Source: Candidatus Poribacteria bacterium
GTDB taxonomy: Bacteria; Poribacteria; WGA-4E; WGA-3G
Length of the DNA stretch: 64,000 bases
Direction of reading: 5' to 3'
Assembly: GCA_022821965.1 (NCBI GenBank)
Contig: JAJECN010000015.1
Location: 54,785-118,784 of the forward strand
Notes under the pieces: model-generated
What the model was told of the DNA's origin: nothing
What the model saw: only the letters and a program-made list of their open reading frames with translations
The model's database searches: none
Made by a program: the position numbers and the translations under genes
Part shown: positions 28,960-38,684 of the stretch, piece by piece
Position numbering within the stretch: position 1 is the stretch's first letter
Layout: each line of letters opens with the position of its first letter

Positions 28960-29967
28960 TCAATTTGTTAAATTCTCCCGTACGAGATTACCAACGGCAG
29001 TCTCAAGGGCGTAACCACGGAGGTTCACCTTGCGAATAATACCAGCACCATCAATTAGAACAGTTGAAGGAATTTCGCGGACATTGTACAGAAGCGTAAT
29101 CTTGCCGCCCGTGTCCCAATAGTGCCGCCACGCGATCCCTTCTTTGTTGACGTATGCTTCAAGCGGATCGGTTGAGCGATCCAAGCTAATACCGACAATC
29201 TCAAACTTCTGATTTTTATACTTTTCGTAAGTCCGCTTAACGTTCGGCATCTCCGCAATACAAGGTGGTGCCGACGTTGCCCAGAAATTGAGAAGGACAA
29301 CCTGCCCACGATACTGCGCCAGTGAGAGTGTTTCACCCATTAGATCCGTCACCTGAAAATCTGGTGCGGGTTTATTAATAAACCGGTTCAGACTCTGACT
29401 CTGATTTGCTTCAGATGAACTTGCTAATTCGCCTTTTCGCTCGTTTCTATCCTGTTCAAGCAGCTGCTGTGCCGTCGCGGCATATTTACCTGTTTGATAC
29501 TTTGAATGATTTGTCAGTTTTTCGTAAATCGCATCCGCTTTGTCATGCTCGCTGATTCTGTCGTAAGCCAATCCCAATGTTAACAGACTTTGTTCAACGT
29601 AGCGGGCAGAAGGATAATCCCGAATAAGTTCCTCAAGGACAGTTATCCCTTCTTCGGCACGCTGCAACTGAAGTAAGATGGCACCGAGAATGTAGTAAAC
29701 CTCATCCACCTGCTTGTATTTCGGGTACGCTTTGATGAAAATCCGTGATTTTTCAATCAGCACCTCATAATCAGCCGGTCCGCCTCCGTCTGAAAGTTTT
29801 TCAACAATTGCTTTGATTTCGTTGTAGGCATGGCTGGCTGTAACAGGAGGTGAATCTGTTGCGTTAAGAGTTGGACTTGCGCAGGAACTGATTAATACCA
29901 ATCCCATGAGTCCGATGATAAGGTAATACCAGCTGTTTGTGCCGACACCCTTATTGCGTGGAAACAT
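28960..29967 (-). CDS. lipoprotein: TPR repeats plus thioredoxin-like domain with degenerate active site (WATSAPPC)
   Basis: Lipobox LISS-C with SD GAAGGAGG. Paralog of the upstream gene in which the first Cys of the CxxC is replaced. Confidence 0.75.
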   Translation of the reverse strand: MFPRNKGVGTNSWYYLIIGLMGLVLISSCASPTLNATDSPPVTASHAYNEIKAIVEKLSDGGGPADYEVLIEKSRIFIKAYPKYKQVDEVYYILGAILLQLQRAEEGITVLEELIRDYPSARYVEQSLLTLGLAYDRISEHDKADAIYEKLTNHSKYQTGKYAATAQQLLEQDRNERKGELASSSEANQSQSLNRFINKPAPDFQVTDLMGETLSLAQYRGQVVLLNFWATSAPPCIAEMPNVKRTYEKYKNQKFEIVGISLDRSTDPLEAYVNKEGIAWRHYWDTGGKITLLYNVREIPSTVLIDGAGIIRKVNLRGYALETAVGNLVRENLTN

Positions 29968-29998
29968 TGTCTGCCTCCTTCAGACAAATTAGCGTATG

Positions 29999-30589
29999 TT
30001 AAACGGCGTTTCGGTAGGAATACGCCAATAACAACTTAATCTCTTCCGCCTGCACTTGTTGCAAGAAACGGGTTACATCCGAATCAGCGTCACCTTCGGC
30101 AGCTTGGCACCAATCGATAAATTGATAAGCATCCCACGCCTCTTGCGCCGCAATCGTCTGCCCGATGTCTGTGAGCGCGTCCGATGGATTTTGTGTTCCC
30201 TCGAAAAGCTCGAGTGCGCGTTCACGAAGTGCCGGGAAAATTGGGTGCGTACCAACTCTGCCGAACCAATACTTGGAGTTGCTGTAGTCCGGTTCACGAC
30301 GATGCATAATGCCGTGCCAGTAGCTGCCCGTCTGGTTTCCTAACTCTTGCGAGATGTTATGGGATTCGTCCAGCGCGTCGTTCCATAGAAGCAAGCCGCT
30401 TTTGATGGCTTCCGCAAACGTCGTATTTTTCAGCGATTCTCCCTCAAAAAGCTCGTCGAGGGATGCCGATTCTAAAGAATCTGTCAGTTCACTGTTCCAC
30501 GCTTCCTGTGGAACGAGGGGCGGGAGTGGGTTCCCTGCTTCTAATTTTTCGATAGCTTCAGCGATTGCTGATGTGTATGTTACGTTCAT
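29999..30589 (-). CDS. hypothetical protein
   Basis: SD AAGGAG lies 9 nt before MNVTYTS. No recognisable domain. Confidence 0.5.
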   Translation of the reverse strand: MNVTYTSAIAEAIEKLEAGNPLPPLVPQEAWNSELTDSLESASLDELFEGESLKNTTFAEAIKSGLLLWNDALDESHNISQELGNQTGSYWHGIMHRREPDYSNSKYWFGRVGTHPIFPALRERALELFEGTQNPSDALTDIGQTIAAQEAWDAYQFIDWCQAAEGDADSDVTRFLQQVQAEEIKLLLAYSYRNAV

Positions 30590-30689
30590 AAGAAGACTCC
30601 TTAGCGTCCAAATCAATCTAATTTGGAATTAATTTATCATCTTTCTTCAAATAAATCAAGCATTTTTGGATTCTGTCAGGGGAAAACGA

Positions 30690-30718
30690 TTGACATTCCC
30701 GAAGATTTATGATAGACT
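30690..30718 (+). promoter_or_regulatory. sigma70-like promoter candidate (TTGACA-17-TAGACT) upstream of the 30822 gene
   Basis: Perfect -35 hexamer, 17-bp spacer and a 4/6 -10 hexamer, about 100 bp upstream of the start codon. Confidence 0.3.
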
Positions 30719-30821
30719 CTATCGGTATGCGTTGGCGCAGTTGCTGTGGTTGCACTAAGGACAAAACAACCTACGTGTATACTATATACTATTTTACTCA
30801 GGAGACACTTTGAGGTAATTT

Positions 30822-31715
30822 ATGGCAAAAGTTGGACTCATCGGGGTCGGCAACATGGGCATGGGGATGTCGAGAAATATCTTGAAAGCTGGACATGAAC
30901 TGACGGTATATGATGTCCGCCCAGAGCCGTTAGAAACACTTGCACAAGAAGGGGCAAACGCCGCCGCATCACCGCGTGAAGTGGGTGCTGCTGCAGATGC
31001 CGTTTTTATCATGGTGCTGAATATCGAACAGGTTAAAGCAGCACTACTCACAGAAGATGGACTGCTGGCAGGGCTCAAACCGGGATCTACAGTCATCTGT
31101 ACGGCGACTATTGGACGTTCACAAGTGATGGAGGTCGCCGAACTGGTGACAGCGGAAGGAATCAATATCGTTGACGCGCCTGTCAGTGGGGGTGCCCCAG
31201 GGGCAGCTGCGGGGACACTCACGATGATGGTGTCGGCACCAACCGAGACGTTTGAAGCGTTAAAACCGGTGCTTGAAGCAGTCGGGCGGGACATCTACCA
31301 TGTCGGGGAAGAGGTCGGGATGGGACAGACTGTCAAATCCGCGCTTGCAGTACTGATAGGGACCACGTATGCGGGTATCTTTGAGGCACTGACACTCGCA
31401 GTGAAAGCAGGTGTAACGCCGGAAACACTTCGCGATGTCGTCAGTACAAGCGTCGTCGGGAATTTCCTCTTCAGGGATACAACACAAAACATCTTGGATC
31501 GGAACTTCAAGGGACAGAGCAATATCGGTACAATGTATAAAGACCTCACCTTAGCAAAAAATATGGCGAGTGAATGTGGTGTCCCTCTTTTCGCAGCAAG
31601 TGCCGCCTTTGAACTCTTTCAAGCGGGGAAGGCAGTAAATCCTGATGAGGATAACTGGACGATTATCAAAATCCTCGAAAACATCGCAGGTGTTGAGATC
31701 AAAAAAACGGAATAA
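30822..31715 (+). CDS. NAD-binding 3-hydroxyisobutyrate/2-hydroxy-3-oxopropionate dehydrogenase family oxidoreductase
   Basis: N-terminus MAKVGLIGVGNMGMGMSRNI, with a 6PGD-like NAD-binding domain followed by an HIBADH C-terminal domain. Confidence 0.8.
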   Translation: MAKVGLIGVGNMGMGMSRNILKAGHELTVYDVRPEPLETLAQEGANAAASPREVGAAADAVFIMVLNIEQVKAALLTEDGLLAGLKPGSTVICTATIGRSQVMEVAELVTAEGINIVDAPVSGGAPGAAAGTLTMMVSAPTETFEALKPVLEAVGRDIYHVGEEVGMGQTVKSALAVLIGTTYAGIFEALTLAVKAGVTPETLRDVVSTSVVGNFLFRDTTQNILDRNFKGQSNIGTMYKDLTLAKNMASECGVPLFAASAAFELFQAGKAVNPDEDNWTIIKILENIAGVEIKKTE

Positions 31716-31797
31716 TTGCATAACAGAGTTATGCGAGAGTATTGCTTAGCACGTTGGAAACCCACGGAAATATAGAAAGAAATTGAAAGGGAATTGA

Positions 31798-32649
31798 ATG
31801 TTCAAACTGGGGACAATTACGGATGGAATTAGTCGGGATTTCGAGTACGCACTCGACACAATGGTAGAAACCGGCTTAGAATACGTTGAATTACAGTACC
31901 TTTGGGAGAAACAGGTCGGAGAATTGACGGATGCAGATATCGAGCGAGTCAAAGCATTAATTAATGATCGGGATTTAAAGGTATCGTGTATCTCACACCA
32001 TAACCTCTCGGCACTTCCTGTAGACACAGCGGTTGACGCGCCTGCGTATCGCTCCCACATTGAGACATTGCAACGGTGTATTGAGGTTGCACAAGCACTC
32101 GGCACAAATCTGGTACGGATTTTCAGTTTTCGGAAAGAGATGGTCCTTTTTGGGGCGGAACCGATTATCTCCGAAGACGCATGGACAACCCTTCTGAATC
32201 GCTTAGAAGAACCCTTGCGAATCGCTGATGGGGCGGGCATTACACTTGTCATTGAAACTGCAATCTCCGGTAATGTGACATCCGCATACCTTGCCAGAAA
32301 ACTGATTGATGAATTGGATGTCTCACATCTGAAAGTCCTCTGGGATCCGTGCAGCTCACTCTATTGTACCGAGGTCCCCTACCCGGACGGCTACGAAATG
32401 ATCCGTGACTCTCTCGCACATGTCCATCTCAAGGACGGTGTTGTGAATCTTCCAGCGGCAACATTCGATTTCTGTGCGATGCGTCAAGGACAGATGGACC
32501 CTTACTACAATGACATTGTGGACGCGTTGAAACGGGATGGATATGACGGTGCGATCTCTTTAGAGAGTGTTTATACACCAGCGGGTGGAACGCGCGAAGA
32601 TGGATTTAGGGAGTCTTTACCTGTCTTTATGGAACTTATGGGTAAGTAA
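31798..32649 (+). CDS. sugar phosphate isomerase/epimerase (xylose isomerase-like TIM barrel)
   Basis: 283-aa AP_endonuc_2-like pattern of acidic and His residues. Metabolic context with neighbouring dehydrogenases. Confidence 0.6.
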   Translation: MFKLGTITDGISRDFEYALDTMVETGLEYVELQYLWEKQVGELTDADIERVKALINDRDLKVSCISHHNLSALPVDTAVDAPAYRSHIETLQRCIEVAQALGTNLVRIFSFRKEMVLFGAEPIISEDAWTTLLNRLEEPLRIADGAGITLVIETAISGNVTSAYLARKLIDELDVSHLKVLWDPCSSLYCTEVPYPDGYEMIRDSLAHVHLKDGVVNLPAATFDFCAMRQGQMDPYYNDIVDALKRDGYDGAISLESVYTPAGGTREDGFRESLPVFMELMGK

Positions 32650-32813
32650 CCTGCGTTAGCAGCTGACCTGAACAGGACTTACGCAATTTTGACTGTGGTT
32701 TCCGGTTCTGTTAGATGCGATTTTTCGGAAAACACAGCGTTCTGGTGGAAACCCAAACTAAAAGTTTATGCTACAAAAGAGCAGCATGCGTAAGTTCTAC
32801 CGAAAAGAAAAAA

Positions 32814-32858
32814 GGACGCAGTCAATATATAATATAAAGACTGCGTCCTTTATTTATT
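32814..32858. terminator. bidirectional intrinsic terminator between convergent genes
   Basis: Perfect 10-bp stem GGACGCAGTC/GACTGCGTCC with a 15-nt AT loop, flanked by AAAAAA and TTTATTTATT. Confidence 0.6.
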
Positions 32859-32877
32859 GCTAAGGTACGAAGACCTA

Positions 32878-34143
32878 TTACCTGGCTTTCAAGCTTCCCC
32901 AAGTAGTGAAGAGTTTACCAGCAGGTTCGACAGAAACAAATCCACCGGTGTAAACTTCCCATATACCACCAACACCAGCGAACAAGCTCCAACCGCCGCC
33001 ACGTTCGCTGACCTTCACCAACAGGACATTTTTCCCTGCGACAAGGTTAACTTTGAAGTCGTCTTGGAAGTCGCCAGCACCACGGTTGACGGGGTTGTTA
33101 TGGACAACCTCACCGTTGAACCAGACTTTGACAGAGTCATCACTACCGACTTTCGCCGGAACGCCTTCCTGAGCTTCAGGAGCGTCAAGGATGATCAATC
33201 CATAAACCGAGTGGTCGTTGACATCGCCTTCACCCAAACCGAGATCGTTGACGAGATCGTTGACGTTGTTACCGCCGGTTTCAGAAATCTCACCAACTGT
33301 CCATTCCAGATCACCGACAGCATCGCCTGCGCTGGCACCGTTTGCTGCGACCATGTCTTCAGTGACTTCACCACCGCTGGCTTCAGCGAGTGAATCCACA
33401 TCGGTAGAATTTGCGCCACCTTGGTTAGCCTCAGTTGCAGCAATCATCCAGAGCCACGGACCGGTAATTTTCCCAGCGACACCAATAACAGCGGGTCTTA
33501 TGGCAGTTTCCACATCGGCATTAACACCGGCGAACATACTCCAACCACCACCACGCTCACTGACCTTCACGAGTAAGAGGTTATCACCTTGCTTTAGATC
33601 AACCTGAAATGTGTCCTGGAAATCACCAGCACCGCGGTTGACAGCGTTTTTATGAACCACTTCACCGTTGAGCCAGACCTTGACAGAGTCATCACTGCCA
33701 ACTCGCATATCCACGCCGCTCTGATCAGAAGCGGATACAAGCGTGATAAGTCCATAAGACGAGTGGTCGTTGACATCACCTTCGCCTAAGCCGATCTCAT
33801 TGACGAGATCGTTGACGTTGTTGCCGCCGGTTGCAGAAATCTCACCGACCGTCCATACCAAGTCACCCACAGCATCGCCTTCGTTTGCGCCGTTTTCTGC
33901 GACCATGGCTTCAGTGACTTCACCACCGCTGGCTTCAGCGAGTGAATCCACATCAGTAGCAGCCGCGCCACCTTGGCCCGATTCGGTTGGAGCAATCATC
34001 CAAAGCCACGGACCGGTAATTTTGTCTTGGGCGTTAGCGGTCATCGTCATGGCAAAAAGTGCTATAAGACATGCCAACCCCAGTGTGAATAGTTTCCTAT
34101 ACATGAAAATCCTCCAATCAATTTTTTTTACTTTATAAATCAA
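32878..34143 (-). CDS. secreted protein with two tandem PA14-like beta-sandwich repeats and a conserved VEPAGKL..W C-terminal tail
   Basis: Signal peptide followed by an internally duplicated ~190-aa unit (GPWLWMIA...SDDSVKVWLNGEVVH...GGGW). SD GGAGGA. Confidence 0.7.
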   Translation of the reverse strand: MIYKVKKIDWRIFMYRKLFTLGLACLIALFAMTMTANAQDKITGPWLWMIAPTESGQGGAAATDVDSLAEASGGEVTEAMVAENGANEGDAVGDLVWTVGEISATGGNNVNDLVNEIGLGEGDVNDHSSYGLITLVSASDQSGVDMRVGSDDSVKVWLNGEVVHKNAVNRGAGDFQDTFQVDLKQGDNLLLVKVSERGGGWSMFAGVNADVETAIRPAVIGVAGKITGPWLWMIAATEANQGGANSTDVDSLAEASGGEVTEDMVAANGASAGDAVGDLEWTVGEISETGGNNVNDLVNDLGLGEGDVNDHSVYGLIILDAPEAQEGVPAKVGSDDSVKVWFNGEVVHNNPVNRGAGDFQDDFKVNLVAGKNVLLVKVSERGGGWSLFAGVGGIWEVYTGGFVSVEPAGKLFTTWGSLKAR

Positions 34144-34372
34144 ACAAAGTGAAATTAGTGTTGCCCATTCTTGCGGGTCTGATTGCGTCTTAATCAGAAG
34201 ATCACGATCACAATATTGTGTCGGTGTTTATACAGATAGGACAACCTCTTTAGAGTAGTATATAAAATATACCACAATTAAATCAAGCACAAAAAATTTT
34301 GTGCGGTTTTAACCGGTAAAAGCGATTCCGAATTGCGAACCTCGGAACGATAATACCGGTTAAAACACCAAC

Positions 34373-35065
34373 TTAGTAAGAACTTTTAACTTCTGCCCAC
34401 TTCGCCGCTAATTTGCCAGCGGGTTCAACGGGAAATCCTTTGAACTTCAGATTGTAGTCCAAAGCCGCATCGATACCGACAAACATGCTCCAACCGCCGC
34501 CGCGTTCACACACTTTAACCATTAGAACGTTATCGCCTTTTTTCAGGTCTACCTCAAATGTGTCCTGAAAATCGCCAGCACCGCGGTTGACAGGGTTTTT
34601 GTGAACCTCATCACCGTTGAACCATACCTTAACGGAATCATCACTACCGACACGGGCTTCAACGCCTTTCTTCGTAACCTTTGAGTTAGCATTGATCACG
34701 GCGTAGGAGCAATGGTCGTTGATATCGCCCCCGGGACCCAACTTAATCTTTAGGAGTGTGTCGTTGATATTGTTACCACCGACTGCGGCGATTTCTCCCT
34801 CGGTCCATTTGTAATTTTCGGCAAATTTGACCTTCAGGACTTTATCGGTAATCCCTTCTTTGGCAACATCTTCCTCGGTCAGCTTACCTTTTGTTGCGTC
34901 CTTGATGCCGTCGTCATCTGTCACAGCGGCACCACCGCCGCCAGCAGGACTCTCGGTGATCATCCACATCCAAGGTCCTTCAATTTTATCTATGGCAGTC
35001 GCAAATTGTGCTGTAAGAAGGAATCCGATCGCACACACTGCCAAAAGTACATATCTGCTTTTCAT
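34373..35065 (-). CDS. secreted protein with one PA14-like domain and a VEPAGKL..W C-terminal tail
   Basis: Signal peptide. Motifs GPWMWMI and SDDSVKVWFNGDEVH..GGGW. SD AAGGAGG. Confidence 0.7.
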   Translation of the reverse strand: MKSRYVLLAVCAIGFLLTAQFATAIDKIEGPWMWMITESPAGGGGAAVTDDDGIKDATKGKLTEEDVAKEGITDKVLKVKFAENYKWTEGEIAAVGGNNINDTLLKIKLGPGGDINDHCSYAVINANSKVTKKGVEARVGSDDSVKVWFNGDEVHKNPVNRGAGDFQDTFEVDLKKGDNVLMVKVCERGGGWSMFVGIDAALDYNLKFKGFPVEPAGKLAAKWAEVKSSY

Positions 35066-35098
35066 TTTTTAGTTTAACCTCCTTAATATTCAACTAAC

Positions 35099-35132
35099 GT
35101 GATAGATTATCACAAGTTACCAAAAATGTCAA
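35099..35132 (-). promoter_or_regulatory. sigma70-like promoter (TTGACA-17-TAATCT) with overlapping dyad operator GTGATA-GAT-TATCAC for the 34373-35065 gene
   Basis: The minus strand reads TTGACAtttttggtaacttgtgaTAATCT. A perfect 6-bp palindrome spans the -10 hexamer. SD and ATG lie about 35 bp downstream. Confidence 0.45.
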
Positions 35133-35175
35133 TTTAATTTTTCAATTAAAATTAAATTTGAAAAACGTTTATCAG

Positions 35176-35481
35176 TTATTCTATCTCTAACTGATTTTGG
35201 ACACTGGTAACCTTATCGTTCATTGTTTGGGTTCTGTCAATTCGAGTCCCAAATTTGAGTGTCGTTGTGATTCGGGGCGCGCCCATTTCATGGACGACCT
35301 CGTGGCACCGTCGAATTGCCGCAAATACAACGTCCCACTCACCTTCAATATTGGTGCCATAAGCATGCAAATTCGTTTCCAAACCTGCCTCTTTTAGTAC
35401 CTTCTCGCACGCGGTAACGTATTTGGAGACCGATACACCGACACCTATCGGAACAACACAAAGATCCGCGATAACCTTCAT
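35176..35481 (-). CDS. MTH1187/YkoF (UPF0045) family protein
   Basis: 101 aa with N-terminus MKVIADLCVVPIGVGVS. SD GAGGGGG. Confidence 0.6.
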   Translation of the reverse strand: MKVIADLCVVPIGVGVSVSKYVTACEKVLKEAGLETNLHAYGTNIEGEWDVVFAAIRRCHEVVHEMGAPRITTTLKFGTRIDRTQTMNDKVTSVQNQLEIE

Positions 35482-35490
35482 ATAGCCCCC

Positions 35491-36429
35491 TCAATTACGG
35501 CGTAATTGTTCCAAAACGTTAGTAGGCAGAGGTACCGCATCCGAAGTCGCAACACCATCATCCACCTGTGCTGGTGTCATCATCCCTGGCACGACACAGG
35601 AGACTGCCGGGTGTGCCAAAATAAATTTGAGGGCGGCTTGTGGAAGGCTGCGCGCTTTGTTTCCAATGATTGACTTGACGGTTTCTACCCGCTCCAGATC
35701 GGCGAGGAATCTTTCACGGGACCACGTCTTGCGGTAATCGTTCTCCGCAAAGACGGTATCCGGCCCGAGTTGTCCAGAGAGTAAACCTGAGGACAATGGT
35801 TGTCGGACGATAACAGCAACACCTCTTTCAGCAGCGGTTTCCATCACCGGAGTTACCATCTCTTGTGTAAGGATATTGTAGGTGAGCATCAGCGAAGAGA
35901 TACCGGTTTCTTCCATAGCTTTTAGTGCATCCGCTTCACTGCCGAGACCCATCCCATAGAATCGGATTTTGCCTTCGGCTTTGAGATTTTCCATCGTTCC
36001 GAACGCGTCGTCCCATTCGGGTGCCGAGGGTGGTCCATGGAATTGGTAGATGTCTATAACATCCCTCTTTAACCGTGTGAGGCTGCCTTCAACTGCTGAC
36101 CGGATATAATCGGGTGAAACATTGAACGATGGGCGTTCCCATCCATGGCTAATCCACCCGTCAGAGTCCAATTCATAGCCGAGTTTTGTGGCAATAACGA
36201 CTCTGTCGCCGAGTGCTGAAAAAGCCTCACCGAGTAGGCGTTCTGCGCGTCCACCACCATATTGGTCTGCCGTATCGTAATAGGTAACACCGCTCTCAAA
36301 GGCGTATCGAAGGAGATCAACGGCATCGGTTTCACCGATGTCACCCCATTCGCGTCCACCGAGCTCCCATGTTCCCATGCCGATTTCAGAGACGGTTAAT
36401 CCTGTGCTCCCTAATTCGCGTTTGCGCAC
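35491..36429 (-). CDS. aldo/keto reductase
   Basis: N-terminus RKRELGSTGLTVSEIGMGTWELGG. GTG start preceded by SD AAGGAA; the track ORF extends upstream to 36459. Confidence 0.8.
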   Translation of the reverse strand: MRKRELGSTGLTVSEIGMGTWELGGREWGDIGETDAVDLLRYAFESGVTYYDTADQYGGGRAERLLGEAFSALGDRVVIATKLGYELDSDGWISHGWERPSFNVSPDYIRSAVEGSLTRLKRDVIDIYQFHGPPSAPEWDDAFGTMENLKAEGKIRFYGMGLGSEADALKAMEETGISSLMLTYNILTQEMVTPVMETAAERGVAVIVRQPLSSGLLSGQLGPDTVFAENDYRKTWSRERFLADLERVETVKSIIGNKARSLPQAALKFILAHPAVSCVVPGMMTPAQVDDGVATSDAVPLPTNVLEQLRRN

Positions 36430-36657
36430 TGTTTTTTCCTTCGCAAAATTGCAGGGCACGGATCCCTACGTTTAGAAAGTCGTACGATTTAAAACTGTTT
36501 ATTATTTTACGGCATTTGCAATTATTTGTCAAGAGATATTTAAGTTTTTCTGTAGTTTTGATCTCTTCATCCGCGGACGAATTTGAATTGACAGGTAATG
36601 TCTCTTTCTGATAAGATATAGATATTCGTTTGACTCCGCGGAAGGAACTCATAATTA

Positions 36658-37692
36658 ATGAAATTACTGGTCACGGGTGGTGCTGGATTTATTGGTACTA
36701 ACTTCATCCGATACTGGCTACACCACTACCCAGACGATGCCATTGTCAACCTTGATTTACTGACGTACGCTGGAGATCTCTCCAGTCTAACGGATATAGC
36801 GACACACTACCCAGAGCGGTACAAATTTGCACAGGGTGATATTCTGGATTCCACTTTCGTGGAAAATGTTCTGAAAGAGGAGCGTCCGGAGACAATCGTT
36901 AATTTCGCTGCAGAGTCACACAACAGTCGAGCGATTCTGAATCCGCGGCGTTTCTTTGAGACAAACGTGATGGGCACGCAGGTATTACTGGACGCGGCTC
37001 AAAAGTACGATGTCCAACGGTTCCATCATATTTCTACATGTGAGGTTTACGGCGAGCTCCCTTTAGATTCGCCCAATAGATTTAGTGAAGACGCACCCTA
37101 TCGTCCGCAGACACCCTATAACGCCTCTAAAGCGGCAGCAGATCATCTCGTGAACGCTTACTTTCATAGTTTCGGCACACCGATAACGATTTCTAATTGT
37201 GCGAACAACTACGGTCCCTACCAGCACCCAGAGAAGTTGATTCCGCTCTTCACAACGAATGCGATCCGAGATTTACCTTTAACGCTCTATCGGAGCAGTC
37301 ATAACCGACGCGAGTGGCTGCATGTTGATGACCATTGCGCAGCAATCGCAGCGGTTCTCAAACATGGCAAGATTGGAGAAACCTACAACGTTGGGAGCGG
37401 TGTGGAAAAGAGCATTGAAGAAATAAGCGATTTCATCTTGGATGTGCTCAACAAACCACAGACGTTGAAAACTTACGTTCCTGACAGACCCGGACACGAT
37501 TGTCGGTATTTCTTAGATTCGGAAAAGATCGCCCGTGATGTCGGGTGGAAACCAGCTATCGCATTTGAGGAGGGCATGCGCGAGACGATTCAGTGGTACG
37601 TCGAAAATCAGGAATGGTGGCAGACGATTCAACAGAAAGCAGACAGTGAAATGGTTCAAGAAGATAAATGGGAAAAGTTCACAGCGAGGTAA
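36658..37692 (+). CDS. rfbB: dTDP-glucose 4,6-dehydratase
   Basis: Motifs MKLLVTGGAGFIGTNF and YNASKAAADH (YxxxK). Confidence 0.85.
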   Translation: MKLLVTGGAGFIGTNFIRYWLHHYPDDAIVNLDLLTYAGDLSSLTDIATHYPERYKFAQGDILDSTFVENVLKEERPETIVNFAAESHNSRAILNPRRFFETNVMGTQVLLDAAQKYDVQRFHHISTCEVYGELPLDSPNRFSEDAPYRPQTPYNASKAAADHLVNAYFHSFGTPITISNCANNYGPYQHPEKLIPLFTTNAIRDLPLTLYRSSHNRREWLHVDDHCAAIAAVLKHGKIGETYNVGSGVEKSIEEISDFILDVLNKPQTLKTYVPDRPGHDCRYFLDSEKIARDVGWKPAIAFEEGMRETIQWYVENQEWWQTIQQKADSEMVQEDKWEKFTAR

Positions 37693-37697
37693 ATGTC

Positions 37698-38666
37698 ATG
37701 CAACTGACGACTGAACAATTGGCAGCATGGAAACGGGATGGAATAATCGTAGTGCCGAACGTGTTTTCACCGGAAATAATTGCGCCCGCGCTTGAAGAGA
37801 TTGAACGGAATGCTTATGATGGATTAACTTACGCCGAATATCAAGCGAAATGGAGGCCGCAGCCAGACGCACTGAAAAGTGCCTATGAGAAGAACAGTGA
37901 TATGCAACGACTTGCGGGTCCTTTTGGAAAGGCAGTACATTTCCCGACGGGCTTGGAAGCCGTGGATAAACTGATTGAAAATGAAGCGTATTTGGCGATT
38001 GCAAAGCAGCTGTTAGATACGGAAGAAATTCGGCTCGGTTATGGGCAGATCTTCTTTCGCGAAGGTCTCACCGATAGTCGTCATAGTGAACATCCATGGC
38101 AAGGATACCATATTGACAATGCAACAAACTCCCCCTTACCACCGCACCCGGATTGGCAACGCTACGGATATGTTCTGACCGCGATCTTCGTACACGACAT
38201 TGAATTAGACGGTGCGCCGATGCTTGTCTGCCCAGGTTCGCAGAACCAGTTGGATAAAATATGGGCAAAGTATCCGGGTAGAGCGGGTGGAATGGGAATT
38301 CCTGACCTACGTGAATTTAAAGGAGAGCTCGCGGATCCGGTCCCCCTTACGGCGAAAGCGGGGAGTGTGTCGTTCCGCTCAAGTTACTTGGTTCATGCCG
38401 CACAACCGTTTGAGAACAAGAGTAGACAGCGAGGGTGGATGGGATATCATTTCCATCGCGCCGACAATGACGATTGGTGCAAAACAACGCGCCCTGTGCC
38501 CGGTTGGGGCAGCCCAAACTACATGAAATTTGTCGCACAAACGACCCCTGCTGTCCGACATGTTTTAGGGTGGCCCGCCCCTGGGGATGCATACTATACG
38601 TCGGAAGCCCTTGCACGTCTTGAGCAAGCATATCCGGGGATTGATCTTGAACCTTACCGAATGTAA
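37698..38666 (+). CDS. phytanoyl-CoA dioxygenase (PhyH) family Fe(II)/2-oxoglutarate oxygenase
   Basis: SD GAGGT precedes the ATG. PhyH-like HxD...H pattern (YHIDNA, LVHAAQP). Confidence 0.6.
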   Translation: MQLTTEQLAAWKRDGIIVVPNVFSPEIIAPALEEIERNAYDGLTYAEYQAKWRPQPDALKSAYEKNSDMQRLAGPFGKAVHFPTGLEAVDKLIENEAYLAIAKQLLDTEEIRLGYGQIFFREGLTDSRHSEHPWQGYHIDNATNSPLPPHPDWQRYGYVLTAIFVHDIELDGAPMLVCPGSQNQLDKIWAKYPGRAGGMGIPDLREFKGELADPVPLTAKAGSVSFRSSYLVHAAQPFENKSRQRGWMGYHFHRADNDDWCKTTRPVPGWGSPNYMKFVAQTTPAVRHVLGWPAPGDAYYTSEALARLEQAYPGIDLEPYRM

Positions 38667-38684
38667 AATCAGAAAGGACTGTTT

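Noticed and set aside
32857-33393. Long antisense ORFs overlapping annotated genes (e.g. 32857-33393, 33218-33607, 33770-34138, 45405-45734, 28161-28685, 8085-8333, 9527-9781)
   Set aside because: They lie opposite strongly supported genes with clear domains and SDs and have low-complexity composition. Their repetition mirrors the sense-strand repeats (PA14 duplication, ankyrin repeats, lectin 3' identity).
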